This document shows, one piece after another, positions 18,799 to 28,704 of a stretch of 64,000 bases of DNA. Position numbers and translations under genes: made by a program. A model generated the notes under the pieces. It saw only the letters and a program-made list of their open reading frames with translations. It ran no database searches and was not told the origin of the DNA. The stretch is from IMG/VR virus record IMGVR_UViG_3300042309_000903. The stretch is one strand, 5' to 3'. Numbering within the stretch: position 1 is the first letter of the stretch; each line of letters opens with the position of its first letter. The DNA is from an uncultured virus (IMG/VR IMGVR_UViG_3300042309_000903) (taxonomy: Duplodnaviria > Heunggongvirae > Uroviricota > Caudoviricetes).

Positions 18799-21111
18799 CT
18801 ACGGTTTTGCAAATAGCAGCTGGAACTGGCTTCCTAAGGTTAAATAGTTAGGTAAATCGCTGATTAGACGGCCTTGAATCGTTCCGCGGTTTTTATAGTA
18901 ATGGCTTCTAGCAGCGTCGGCGTTAATGTCCCCGCCTTCCCAAAGTAGGTTTGTTAGAGAAGTAACGCCTGTATCACCATCAAAGTAAGAGTTGACGTAG
19001 GCACTTGCCTCAAACAAGGCTTCGTCTAAAACAAGCCATACATCGGTGTTTGTTGTTGAGTAGTTAACACTAACAACTGCGTATATTGCATCTGAAGGGC
19101 TTGTTGCAGTCACGCTTGGACGAGCAAACCCTGTTGAAAGGTCTGTAATACCTGGAGTTCCGGTTTGCACTGTACCGGTAGAAAAACCACCAGCTTTAAA
19201 CCAAGAAATAGATACTGTTGGATTTGCTCCAGTTGGTGTGGTGTTAAAGTACTTTGTGTAAACACTAAATGTGTAAGTTGTGTTTGGAAGAACAGTTGTA
19301 ACGTTTTCTGAGTTTATAATTACATTTCCAGAAGCTGTTGGTTTTGCAACTAGGGTTTCACCAGACAACGCTAATGGTGCTGGGCTAAGAGAAGACCCTA
19401 ATACCAAAGTACCGTTAGTTACACCCCATTGAGTGTTTGTAGTAAAGTTTGGGTTTTTAAGCTCATTGATTCTAGAGGCTTTAAATGTAATTTTAATTAA
19501 ACGAGAGTCTTCAAACGTGGTAGCCGCATTAGCGTTTTCAAACATAGCCGCATCAAAGTAAAAGATTTGACCAAGAGTTGCACTAGCAATACTTATGAAA
19601 GGTGTAGCAAACGCGGCATTTACCGGAGCAACTGCGCTTACCGTTAATCGTTCTGCAGTGTCATTCGCCATTCCAGCAACCGGCAAAGATTCTTCTGTTC
19701 CAAAGTCACTGGTAGACAAATAATTTCCACCTAAATCGTGCCACTTGATGGCAACTTTAGCGTTCCTTGCAGTTGCCGCAGAAACCCCAAAAATACTAAA
19801 AGTATAGTTTCCGCCAGCAACTCCAATTGATGTAGGAATACCTGGAGGTGGAGGTGTGGCTGTAACTCCTTGAGAAGAACCTGCAACGGTACTTGCAACT
19901 TTAAACTCGTAACCAGTTGATGAGTAAACTGTTGCGTTTGATAGATTAAACGCTGATGTGGAAAGCCCGGTAACTGTTATTTTATCTCCGGTTACAAAAT
20001 TGTTTCCAGTTGTGTAATAGGTTACATAAGTACCATCTCTAGACACACCAATAATGTTTGCAGATTTTACGGGGATGCCATTTGTTGCCTTAGGTGACGG
20101 GTAATACCCACAATCTAATGTGACAGTTCCTGCAGTTGTTGTAGTTACTTTTAACAAATACTCTTGTAAGTTAGGGAAACTTGCAGGCAAATCCGCGTCA
20201 CCCCTGTAGGCAATGAGAATTCCAGTCCCACCAGGAGCAGCTATTACCCCAGACTGTTGCTGAGTTAATGACGCGGCGCTAGATACCCAAGCCCCTACGC
20301 TTTGTTCAAACGAAGAATCGTTTATGTCTAACATTAGGTTTTTTCCAAGTACAGCCTCTAAGTCCCAACCTGTGTAGGACTTTAAATAGGTTATTAGACC
20401 CGCGTATGAGCCTTTATTTTTATAAATTTTTATGGCATTTCTTAAAAGAACTCTAGACTGCTGTAGCCCAATTTCAGGTTCAAATTTTAAACCAAATTGC
20501 TGCATCATAGGTGCGATATACCTACCGTCAACGTAGGTAGTATCTCCTGAGTACATTAAATTTGTTGCAAGAGTCTTTTCTAAATCATACTCAAAGGCAA
20601 AAATACGTAAAAGACTTCTGAGGTCTTCGTTCTCTCGACTGCTGGTGTAGTCGTAAATAGTTGTGCCACTTGCAGGGTTTGAAATTACTAGGTCTGTATT
20701 ACGGTAAATGATGGGGAGGTAGTTCCACATTCTGTCAAGGGTGTTAAAGTCTTTTACAGAGACCCCATAAGCATTTCCTGCTCTAACCCAATCAGTTTGA
20801 TTTGCAGGCAAAAGAAAAATAGAATAGTAGTAGGTTCTACCCTGTTCTAAGTTAGAGTCTTCAAAATATTCTTCAAAACTTTCATTATCCCTTTCAACAA
20901 GAAGAACACCGTCGTCAGGGTCTACAGGAAATCCGTATTTATTTCTTACTAATCTAAAGTTAGTCCAGGCACCCGTAGGGGTATTCCATATTACGTTAAT
21001 GGTCCCGTATGCTTTTGGAACAGTGTAAAACGGGGCAGCACTGAACTGCACAAGAGCGGCGTTACCGTAACGTACTCCTGTACCGTAAAAATCAATGCCA
21101 TAACGAGCCAT
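18799..21111 (-). CDS. Baseplate wedge/tail protein (P2 gpI-like domain plus carbohydrate-binding-like modules)
   Basis: YLP.IY...IKIYKNKGSYAGL; two N.SFE/NPNF...FDAAMFE beta-sandwich repeats. Confidence 0.7.
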   Translation of the reverse strand: MARYGIDFYGTGVRYGNAALVQFSAAPFYTVPKAYGTINVIWNTPTGAWTNFRLVRNKYGFPVDPDDGVLLVERDNESFEEYFEDSNLEQGRTYYYSIFLLPANQTDWVRAGNAYGVSVKDFNTLDRMWNYLPIIYRNTDLVISNPASGTTIYDYTSSRENEDLRSLLRIFAFEYDLEKTLATNLMYSGDTTYVDGRYIAPMMQQFGLKFEPEIGLQQSRVLLRNAIKIYKNKGSYAGLITYLKSYTGWDLEAVLGKNLMLDINDSSFEQSVGAWVSSAASLTQQQSGVIAAPGGTGILIAYRGDADLPASFPNLQEYLLKVTTTTAGTVTLDCGYYPSPKATNGIPVKSANIIGVSRDGTYVTYYTTGNNFVTGDKITVTGLSTSAFNLSNATVYSSTGYEFKVASTVAGSSQGVTATPPPPGIPTSIGVAGGNYTFSIFGVSAATARNAKVAIKWHDLGGNYLSTSDFGTEESLPVAGMANDTAERLTVSAVAPVNAAFATPFISIASATLGQIFYFDAAMFENANAATTFEDSRLIKITFKASRINELKNPNFTTNTQWGVTNGTLVLGSSLSPAPLALSGETLVAKPTASGNVIINSENVTTVLPNTTYTFSVYTKYFNTTPTGANPTVSISWFKAGGFSTGTVQTGTPGITDLSTGFARPSVTATSPSDAIYAVVSVNYSTTNTDVWLVLDEALFEASAYVNSYFDGDTGVTSLTNLLWEGGDINADAARSHYYKNRGTIQGRLISDLPNYLTLGSQFQLLFAKP

Positions 21112-21117
21112 TTTAAA

Positions 21118-21345
21118 CTACCATTTCTCTAACGGACAAGCAGCAAACTTTAATTTTGTTTTTACAGACATAATACAGCCGCACTCTTTGCATTGCTTTG
21201 TTAACTTAATTAACTTAGGGCAGCTGTTACATATTGTCATACGTGCAGCAGAGGCTTCTTCGTCAACGTATTCAGTTTTTGGGTTCAATAAGTCCCAAGG
21301 ACGGGTGTCACCAAGCTTGGCTTTGTATTCATCCCATTTACTCAT
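21118..21345 (-). CDS. Small Cys-rich protein (R..IC..C...C..CGC....K......CP..KW, DUF6171-like); paralogue of 45800..46045
   Basis: Motif seen directly; same MSKW...LGD.RPW N-terminus as the paralogue. Confidence 0.8.
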   Translation of the reverse strand: MSKWDEYKAKLGDTRPWDLLNPKTEYVDEEASAARMTICNSCPKLIKLTKQCKECGCIMSVKTKLKFAACPLEKW

Positions 21346-21734
21346 TACTCCATCTCCCCAGGGATAATGAAGTCTCCATCAACATAGTGCCAACCTTCTC
21401 CAAGTATCTGGTAATGCTTATGAATAGAGGGGTCAATTTTAATAATAAGAGGGTCTGACAATAAAACCGCGTAAAGCATTTCATTGCAAGTTAGTTCAGT
21501 GGTTTTATTGTCTTTTGAGGTAATTTTTACGCAAAATGACCCGTCTGTTGTAACAACCTCTTTAAAAGAAGTTGCAGTTAACAACGTTTCAGAAAAGAAA
21601 GAGTCAAAAACTAGACTCTTTACAACTTCTCCGTCTATTACACAGACAAGCCAGTCTGAAGTACCCCCATTTGGAATACGTTGTGCTTTTACTCCTGGCA
21701 TTTTCCAGTCAATATCGGCGTAATTTAACTTCAT
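21345..21734 (-). CDS. Fibre accessory/chaperone-like protein
   Basis: Ends in GW.Y.DG.F..P; same cassette position as 46049..46480. Confidence 0.6.
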   Translation of the reverse strand: MKLNYADIDWKMPGVKAQRIPNGGTSDWLVCVIDGEVVKSLVFDSFFSETLLTATSFKEVVTTDGSFCVKITSKDNKTTELTCNEMLYAVLLSDPLIIKIDPSIHKHYQILGEGWHYVDGDFIIPGEME

Positions 21735-21743
21735 ATATTTATC

Positions 21744-23501
21744 CTAGCACTCTGTTGGACAGCATCTAGTTCTGACACCAGCTGGGTCAGAGTTAGCGTC
21801 GCAGTCCCCAACGCTGTAGCACTGAAAATAGTTAACACTTGCTGAGTTATTTACATCATAATCAGAGCAACGATATTTTAACCCTTGACTACAGCACCCA
21901 AGGTTTCCAGTACATGTAGCGCCCGCGGTGGACTGGCAAGATGGGTATGTCCCAGTGTTGTTGTACGAACAAGCAATACTGTAACCAGAGCCTGATTGTG
22001 TTTGATTGCTACTGTATGCCTGTTGAGTACAGTTTCCAACACCAGCACATTGCACACTTGTGGTGCAGTACCAGTAATACGGTTCAGGAGCAGGTGGCGA
22101 CACAGTTGCGCCCCCGCTTCCTCCAGTGCCAGCGCTGTTTGAGGCAAAAACTGTAATTGTTGCGCCTCCGGAAGTATTTGCTGTAGTACCTGTTGTACTA
22201 AACGTTGTTCCCCCAAAACTATAGTAATAAGTAAACGGGGCGGTTCCAGTAGGAGCGGACCAACTAAAATTAGACTGTAATGTTGACCCGTTATAATAGC
22301 CAGAAACAAGTCCTGCCATACTTCCTGGGGCAGTTACAATAGGCGGCCTTGTCACAGAAGCGCTTCCAGATTCTCCCGTGCCAGCGCTATTTACCGCTCT
22401 AACTGTTATTGTCTGTGAATCTGCGTATACGGAATAAGACGTGCTGTTTGTTGATGTAAATCCATATCCAAGACTGTATTCGTAACTAAAAGGCGCAGTA
22501 CCAGTAGTTGGTGGTGACCAGCTAAAAGTTATTAACCCGTTGTTCCAAGAACCAGAAACACGTCCTGCCATACTTCCTGGCGCAACTACTGGTGCAGGTT
22601 CAGCTCCAGTAGTGACGGTGTTAGACGTCATGGTTCCGTTACCGTTGCTGTTACTCGCTGTAACAGTCACATAGTAAGAGGTTGAATAACTAGCAGTAAA
22701 AGAAATTGAAGTTGTAGAGGTAGACACAGAACCACTTGTAGCTATGTAAGTTCCGTCAGACCTGTATAAATTATATTGGTAAGAAGTTGGAGTAGTTCCA
22801 GCTCCCCATGCACCCGAGGTTGAACTTACTGTGTTTCCGCTGGCACTAGCTACTGGGGTAGAACTTCCAATAGGTCCTGGTGTAGGTGGTGGTGGTGGTG
22901 TAGTAAACGGAGTAGCAGAGTTAGATGCCCCGCTTGCTGCGGCAGAGCCGTTTGCGTTAGAGGCAACAACTGTAAATGTATAAGCAGTTCCATTAGTCAG
23001 ACCAGTAACAGTAATAGGTGAACCAGAGCTTGAGCCAGTAAACCCTCCAGGGCTAGACGTAGCTGTATAGGTAACAGTTTTTCCGCCAGTACCGTTTGCA
23101 GTAAAGGCAACAGTAACTGTTCCAGCAGCACCTGTTGCAGTTGCTGTTCCAATAGTTACGGGTTGCGGAATAGTGGTGGCAAAAACAGAGCCGCTAGTAA
23201 TAGCGGGCCCTGTTCCAATAGAGTTTGTTGCGGTTACGTTATACGTGTAACTAGTACTAGAAGATAACCCTGTTATTGTTAACGGCGAAGAAGACCCAGA
23301 AGCAGTAAACCCGCCTGGACTAGATGTAACCGCGTAGCCTGTTACTGGAAGTCCTCCATCGTGCACGGGCGCTGTGAAGGAAACAATTGCACTGGCGTTG
23401 TTGTACGCACGGGCAGTTCCTACATCAGAACCAGATACAGAAGCAGGGGCGTAAGGAACTTCCCTGCTTGAAGAAGAAACAACTCCAGAAATTGCCGCCA
23501 T
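21744..23501 (-). CDS. FN3-repeat fibre/receptor-binding protein with Pro linkers and a 14-Cys C-terminal domain
   Basis: Repeated TITGL...YT..V.A.N..G modules; TTPPPPPTP; Cys-rich tail. Confidence 0.75.
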   Translation of the reverse strand: MAAISGVVSSSSREVPYAPASVSGSDVGTARAYNNASAIVSFTAPVHDGGLPVTGYAVTSSPGGFTASGSSSPLTITGLSSSTSYTYNVTATNSIGTGPAITSGSVFATTIPQPVTIGTATATGAAGTVTVAFTANGTGGKTVTYTATSSPGGFTGSSSGSPITVTGLTNGTAYTFTVVASNANGSAAASGASNSATPFTTPPPPPTPGPIGSSTPVASASGNTVSSTSGAWGAGTTPTSYQYNLYRSDGTYIATSGSVSTSTTSISFTASYSTSYYVTVTASNSNGNGTMTSNTVTTGAEPAPVVAPGSMAGRVSGSWNNGLITFSWSPPTTGTAPFSYEYSLGYGFTSTNSTSYSVYADSQTITVRAVNSAGTGESGSASVTRPPIVTAPGSMAGLVSGYYNGSTLQSNFSWSAPTGTAPFTYYYSFGGTTFSTTGTTANTSGGATITVFASNSAGTGGSGGATVSPPAPEPYYWYCTTSVQCAGVGNCTQQAYSSNQTQSGSGYSIACSYNNTGTYPSCQSTAGATCTGNLGCCSQGLKYRCSDYDVNNSASVNYFQCYSVGDCDANSDPAGVRTRCCPTEC

Positions 23502-24250
23502 TAGCTAGTGCTCAAATCTCCAACTAGTACAAATGACTGTGAGTTGTTTAATTTAATAAGTGTTGCAGCTGAGTTTGTAGCTCGTAGGAATAGTCCAGGC
23601 GCACCTACTACAGAGGCAGAACCAGCGGCTACAACTTGAACCGTTCCAGCCCCTTTACGAAGAATATGCAATTGCGCTCCTTGCGGAAACGCTACCGAAG
23701 AATTATCTGGAACAGTAATAGTTACCGCTGATGCACTATCTACAACAATCATTGCATTTTTATCAGTAAGCGCAAGAGTGTAGTTTGCTGTCTTGTTTAA
23801 AATAGTTAAATCTTGTAGAGTAACCCCACCAGAGAAGTTACCTAAACTGTCAATAAAAGAAAGTACAGTTCCTGAGGAGTTCTGCCATTCGGTTAAATTA
23901 GCTGATTGAGAAGCTGCACCTTTTAAGATAAGAGGCTTAGTAGTTGCTGCCCCAGCAGTAATAATATTACCCGTATCACCAGCTTTTTTAATATATTGAG
24001 TGTGAGTATCAGAGACAATACCAGTTTCAATATTTGCCAAGCGGGCAGATACAGTTAAAAATGGATTAGAAGTGGCATTAAACGTACCACCAGAAGAAGG
24101 TGTAGTAGAAACATTTGGGGTTATGCCCAAAATAGTTTCAATAGCAATAACCTCATCTTGCAAAAGGTTTGGGTGAGACGCATCAATAACGTCTACAACG
24201 TTTACCTTTGTAGAGTACGAGGCGATACTGGCTGGGTAGGTTGCTGTCAT
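23501..24250 (-). CDS. Tail fibre/adaptor protein
   Basis: N-terminal A.HPN.LQDEV.AIE..LG; C-terminal KTANYTL...LVGDL domain. Confidence 0.7.
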   Translation of the reverse strand: MTATYPASIASYSTKVNVVDVIDASHPNLLQDEVIAIETILGITPNVSTTPSSGGTFNATSNPFLTVSARLANIETGIVSDTHTQYIKKAGDTGNIITAGAATTKPLILKGAASQSANLTEWQNSSGTVLSFIDSLGNFSGGVTLQDLTILNKTANYTLALTDKNAMIVVDSASAVTITVPDNSSVAFPQGAQLHILRKGAGTVQVVAAGSASVVGAPGLFLRATNSAATLIKLNNSQSFVLVGDLSTS

Positions 24251-24259
24251 GTTTTTTCC

Positions 24260-26428
24260 TTAGCTCGTGATTCCGCCGGAAGCGTTGATAGTAATTGTTC
24301 CTTCTTCTGGTATTTCATTTACACCGCATACAACGTCTGCAACATAAAAAACCTGCATTCCAACTAGGCGTGCAGTACCTGTAGCCGCTACTTCTGCCAC
24401 CACAGTATTTCCAGGGCGTGCGTACGTAAAGGTGGTTGGGGTAGTGTCTAGTACGTAGTAAGTTCCGTTAAAAGTAGCGTCTAACCCAGAAATAGTTACA
24501 TAGTCTTCAGCTTGAATCGTGTGATTAGTAGAGGTAGTAATTGTTGCAACCTCACCGCCTAATGCCTTTTTTGTAATAGTCCATGAAGAGGTGACTGCAG
24601 CAGAAGTAACATCAGTAAATGTTTTAGCGTATGTAAATGTAGTTGTAGTTGGAACGCTTAAAACTACAAAAGTGCCGTTAAACGTATCATCAACATTTGT
24701 AATACTTACTGTTTGACCAACCGATAGCCCGTGGGCTGCAGCAGTTGTAAGAGTAGCAACATTTGAAGTTAAAGCTTTGTTTGTAATGCTTGCAAATTGC
24801 TGTGCATCACGACGGCAAAGGACGTTAAACTGAGAGTAATCAACTCCTGGAACGTTTGCGATAATTCTCATTAAATATTGCAAAGTGATACGGTCTGAAA
24901 ACAACACATTGTCAAAAGTTAAGATTTCCGCTAAAGCTGCCAAAGCCGCGCTCTTAACGTTAAGCTGACGATATTGAGGAAGGACTGTTAGGTCTAAGGT
25001 GATATCAACAGGAACATAAGAAGGTGGGGCAATAGTTAGCGAGGTGTTTGCTGGCGCTTTACCTTGCAGATAAGACGCAACAATTTTTTTAATAACGTTA
25101 AAAGTATACGTAGGGGTTACGTTGTCTGCTTCAACGCCTCGATTTCCAAACAGGGCCATGTATAAAACAACGCTGCTATAAGTCTCAGCTTTTGAGTTTG
25201 CCTTTGCAACTCCAGAAACTTGCAAGGCTAAAGAAGAGTAGTCGTTTAGAGAAACCGCCCTGTTTAATGACTTAAGGCTGATAGGAGCGTTAACTTTTAT
25301 AGAGTCTGTTGTCTCAGCGCTTGCTCCACCGCCCGCAGCTGCTGGGTTTGTAACGCTAAGGCCAGATTCGTTTATGTTTAGTAACTCTGTGAGGGCACCG
25401 GCGGTAACGTTACCTTCTTCGCCACCACCTACTCTATACGTAGCTCTAATAACTTTTCCTAAAGGAGGTATTTTTCCACCGATGTTATCGCCAAATTGAA
25501 TAAAAGATATGTCATCGGCGTCAGTAAATACTGTAAACGCTGGAGTGCTACCTGGAAAATCAATCAGGTATTGAGTTCTTTCATACGCAACGTAATCAAC
25601 TGTTACTTCAACTGTCGATTCAATTACTGGATAGTTTTTTAGTTGGTAAACTTGATTAGGTTCTCCCGTAGAGCTGTAAGTAACAACCTCTTCGGTGATT
25701 GTCACTCCTTGAGTTGCCGTTACATCAGCTTGGCCAGGCGTAGCTCCGCCAAGACCTGTAATAGTTCCTGTAGTTGTTGCACTAGCTACGGTTGATGAAC
25801 CAATTAGAACTGTTAAAGTAGTTGCGCTTGGTACTGTCAAAACGGTTGCAGTTCCGGTTACGGCCGCAAATGGTGCAACAGTACCTGTAAAGGTAACAGT
25901 TTGCCCTACGTAAAAAATATGAGCGGCTGAAGTAGTTACAGTTACAGTTCCGCTAGAAATAGCTAAGTTTGAAATTGCGGAGCTTGTTGTAGAGGCTGGC
26001 ACTGTAATTGGGCTGTCCGTTTCAAAAACAACTTGAGTTGAGACGCCGTTAACAGAGGCTGTAGCGCTAACTTCTGTTCGTGCTGGTACTTCAATAGGTG
26101 CGGCAGAAGTATTACTAAAGGTAAGTGTTACGTACGAAGGGCTACTTTGAGTAGGTTGGTAGTCCAAAAGAGCGGCCTGACGCAAAATACTAGAGCGTTT
26201 TGTAGCCGTTGAGATAAACGCTTCATTTGCGCTTCGGTCAATATAGTATGACTGCAAGTCTCCAAGGTACGCTTGAAGTTGGATTAAGGCGTTACCAAAA
26301 TCGGTAGAGTCTCTAAAGCTCTTCCATTGAGGGGCATAGGTAGGTACCAGTAGGTATAGGTCATCGCGGATAGACAAGAAGTCTCGTGAGGTGTAATCCA
26401 CTTGCGGTACATAGTTTTGGTCAGCCAC
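24260..26428 (-). CDS. Baseplate J-like wedge protein
   Basis: DYTSRDF, YYIDRSANEAFISTA, YRVGGG..GNV, RAVSLNDY. Confidence 0.9.
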   Translation of the reverse strand: MADQNYVPQVDYTSRDFLSIRDDLYLLVPTYAPQWKSFRDSTDFGNALIQLQAYLGDLQSYYIDRSANEAFISTATKRSSILRQAALLDYQPTQSSPSYVTLTFSNTSAAPIEVPARTEVSATASVNGVSTQVVFETDSPITVPASTTSSAISNLAISSGTVTVTTSAAHIFYVGQTVTFTGTVAPFAAVTGTATVLTVPSATTLTVLIGSSTVASATTTGTITGLGGATPGQADVTATQGVTITEEVVTYSSTGEPNQVYQLKNYPVIESTVEVTVDYVAYERTQYLIDFPGSTPAFTVFTDADDISFIQFGDNIGGKIPPLGKVIRATYRVGGGEEGNVTAGALTELLNINESGLSVTNPAAAGGGASAETTDSIKVNAPISLKSLNRAVSLNDYSSLALQVSGVAKANSKAETYSSVVLYMALFGNRGVEADNVTPTYTFNVIKKIVASYLQGKAPANTSLTIAPPSYVPVDITLDLTVLPQYRQLNVKSAALAALAEILTFDNVLFSDRITLQYLMRIIANVPGVDYSQFNVLCRRDAQQFASITNKALTSNVATLTTAAAHGLSVGQTVSITNVDDTFNGTFVVLSVPTTTTFTYAKTFTDVTSAAVTSSWTITKKALGGEVATITTSTNHTIQAEDYVTISGLDATFNGTYYVLDTTPTTFTYARPGNTVVAEVAATGTARLVGMQVFYVADVVCGVNEIPEEGTITINASGGITS

Positions 26429-26828
26429 TGGTTACCTCGTTAATAATATCGCCAAATCGGGTGAAAGTTGCAGTTCTTATTCTAACGGAATCTTGGACCC
26501 CAGTAACGTCAGCGTAGTAGATTTCTAGGTCAAAATAGCCGGTGTTGTTGTCTAAAATGCCTGTCAAGTCATTAAACATCAACGTAGGGAACCATTTTGA
26601 AAACGCCTCAGATATAGTCGTTCGGCACATTTCTAGTGCGGCTTGTTCGTTTTCAAAAACTGCTTTTGGGACGAGGGTTCCGTAATTAGGAAGCATTACC
26701 CGTTCCCCTAAGCTGGTGAGAACTACCAAAATAATTCGGTCTCTCCACATTTTTCTTTGGTCGTAGGTATGCTCAATAAACCCCGTAGCGTTAAATTTAA
26801 ACGGCCAAACTATTGCTGATTCTGCCAT
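26421..26828 (-). CDS. Baseplate wedge subunit (gp25/GpW-like)
   Basis: LT.LGERVMLPNYGT. Confidence 0.85.
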   Translation of the reverse strand: MAESAIVWPFKFNATGFIEHTYDQRKMWRDRIILVVLTSLGERVMLPNYGTLVPKAVFENEQAALEMCRTTISEAFSKWFPTLMFNDLTGILDNNTGYFDLEIYYADVTGVQDSVRIRTATFTRFGDIINEVTSG

Positions 26829-27103
26829 TACAACACTCCCATCCAGACTGGAAAATTAGGGTCTCCGCCTACAAACATTACCCAAACAACGGCGTTTCTA
26901 GCGGGTACGCTTTCATTTGCGGCTACAGGAGTTCCGTTTGAAACCCCAGGTGCTCGGCATGGTAAAGCCCAATTAGATACAGCTTCCCCAGTTATTTGCG
27001 GAACAGTTAATTTAATGCGGCTTCTGCGCTCTGGGTCGTCAATATCTACGCATTTTCCAGGGTAAATGCCATAAAAACGTCGGTCGTAATCTTCAGAGGA
27101 CAC
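26828..27103 (-). CDS. Baseplate spike gp5/GpV OB-fold protein
   Basis: FYGIYPG..VD..DPE..SRIK..VP...WA.PC...VWVMF.GGDPNFPVW.G. Confidence 0.85.
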   Translation of the reverse strand: MSSEDYDRRFYGIYPGKCVDIDDPERRSRIKLTVPQITGEAVSNWALPCRAPGVSNGTPVAANESVPARNAVVWVMFVGGDPNFPVWMGVL

Positions 27104-28427
27104 CCAAAGCACCTAACCTTTCGCTTGCCGCCTGCGTTCTATACCGTTCTTCGTTCCGCTCTTTACGCCGTAAATCTCTGTTACCTCTAGCCACCCACTT
27201 TACAATAGTAGTTTCTTCAGAGGTTAACGGAGCCCGGTTTACTGTTTTTGAAATAGAGCGAGGAGATGAGGACAGTTTACCTACGTTAGAGACGGATAAC
27301 CCCGTAAACCCTTTTAACTTGTCTTGGCTTTGGCCAATAATAATCTTACGAACTTCTGGGGTTGGGCGTGCTAGTAAAGTGGTTCCGTCTTTCCATCGGT
27401 TTCCTTTACCTAAAGAATCAAGGCCAAGTATAAGTTTAGTTGTGTATCGTAAACTTTCAATTACGTGTTCGGTTTCTAAAATTATCCAATACCCTTCGTA
27501 AGACTCTCCAATACCAGACAAATAAATCGGCATTCCTGGGCGTAAAGAGGCGTTTCCTAGCACTTCAGCGGTTGCTCTGTAAGGAAACATAGTCAAAATG
27601 TCTGCAGACTCAGCCTCATAGCTAGCTGAGGCGTAGTCTAGAGCTACAACACTAGTATTAAACCGGTCAAAAAATTCTTCTGTTCTGTTTTGTCGAACAG
27701 TTACATCTCTAATTTGTTTAGTTATTGCAAAGTTTGTGTTGGCGTTTGTAGTTAAATCAACTCCAGAAATAGCTGTTGCGGATTTAGAGCCGTCTTCCCA
27801 ATGTAAAGTTTCTCCAATAAGTGGGTTAAAAGAGTAAAGTGTACTTCCTTCTGGGTCGTTAGCATTACGCATTTCAAAAATATTTGCTTGAGCTTTATAG
27901 GTTGTAAAGTCTTCATCTAATGGCTCAAAATAAATTGAAGTGTTTTCAGTACGTAAAGAATAACCGCACTGTTTAGCTAAACGAACCATCAATAACCAGT
28001 CACTAATTCCTGTTTGAGCAATTTGTGGGTACACTCTTGGGTGGTCAACAACTGAGTAAGAAAACTCGTTTCTTTCAGCAATCTCTCTAACTACAGCAGA
28101 AGCAGTCATATTTTTGTATATTCTTTGAGAAGACTGTTTTAAAACGTAAGACGCCCCAATTAAAACTACTTTTACGTGGTCAGCTCCAGGAGTTTTTACA
28201 GGCTCAAGGTGGTGAACATACCCATAAAATGTTCTTTCACTATTTGGTTCTTGGTACAAAACATCTACAGGAATTCCTGGCTTTACTAAATCAAAAACAG
28301 GTTCCCACTCGTTAAAGGTAAGATAAGCAATCTCATGTTTATACTTTTCTTGAACAAGACGAAAAGAACTGAGTCTAGAAGGCGCCTCGTCAATCCCGTT
28401 AAATTTAATACTAATAAATTTAAGCAC
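27093..28427 (-). CDS. Baseplate hub (gp27/GpD-like)
   Basis: Q.G.SDW.LM.RLA...GY; GNASLRPG.....G......GYWII....H. Confidence 0.8.
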   Translation of the reverse strand: MLKFISIKFNGIDEAPSRLSSFRLVQEKYKHEIAYLTFNEWEPVFDLVKPGIPVDVLYQEPNSERTFYGYVHHLEPVKTPGADHVKVVLIGASYVLKQSSQRIYKNMTASAVVREIAERNEFSYSVVDHPRVYPQIAQTGISDWLLMVRLAKQCGYSLRTENTSIYFEPLDEDFTTYKAQANIFEMRNANDPEGSTLYSFNPLIGETLHWEDGSKSATAISGVDLTTNANTNFAITKQIRDVTVRQNRTEEFFDRFNTSVVALDYASASYEAESADILTMFPYRATAEVLGNASLRPGMPIYLSGIGESYEGYWIILETEHVIESLRYTTKLILGLDSLGKGNRWKDGTTLLARPTPEVRKIIIGQSQDKLKGFTGLSVSNVGKLSSSPRSISKTVNRAPLTSEETTIVKWVARGNRDLRRKERNEERYRTQAASERLGALGVL

Positions 28428-28704
28428 GGCGAGGTACCCTAATAACTGTTCCAGGAGTAATGTTTAAAATGTCTTCAATTTCTGGGTTTGCTTCAGCTAT
28501 AACCCACCAAGAGTAAGGACTTCTATAGTTACTTTGAGCAATATTATCTAGCCTATCCCCGTCTTGCCAAACGTAGTCTGACCAGTTTAAGGTACCAAGT
28601 TCGCCAAAATCATAGGTCACTACAGAAGTTATGTTGCCGTCTTCTACAACAGAAATGTAGTAAATGTATGAGTCGTTGTATCTTGAGTTTCTTAGAATAG
28701 TCAT
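28420..28704 (-). CDS. LysM-domain baseplate protein
   Basis: GDRLDNIA...Y....WWVIAEANP...PGTVIRVP. Confidence 0.85.
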   Translation of the reverse strand: MTILRNSRYNDSYIYYISVVEDGNITSVVTYDFGELGTLNWSDYVWQDGDRLDNIAQSNYRSPYSWWVIAEANPEIEDILNITPGTVIRVPRRA

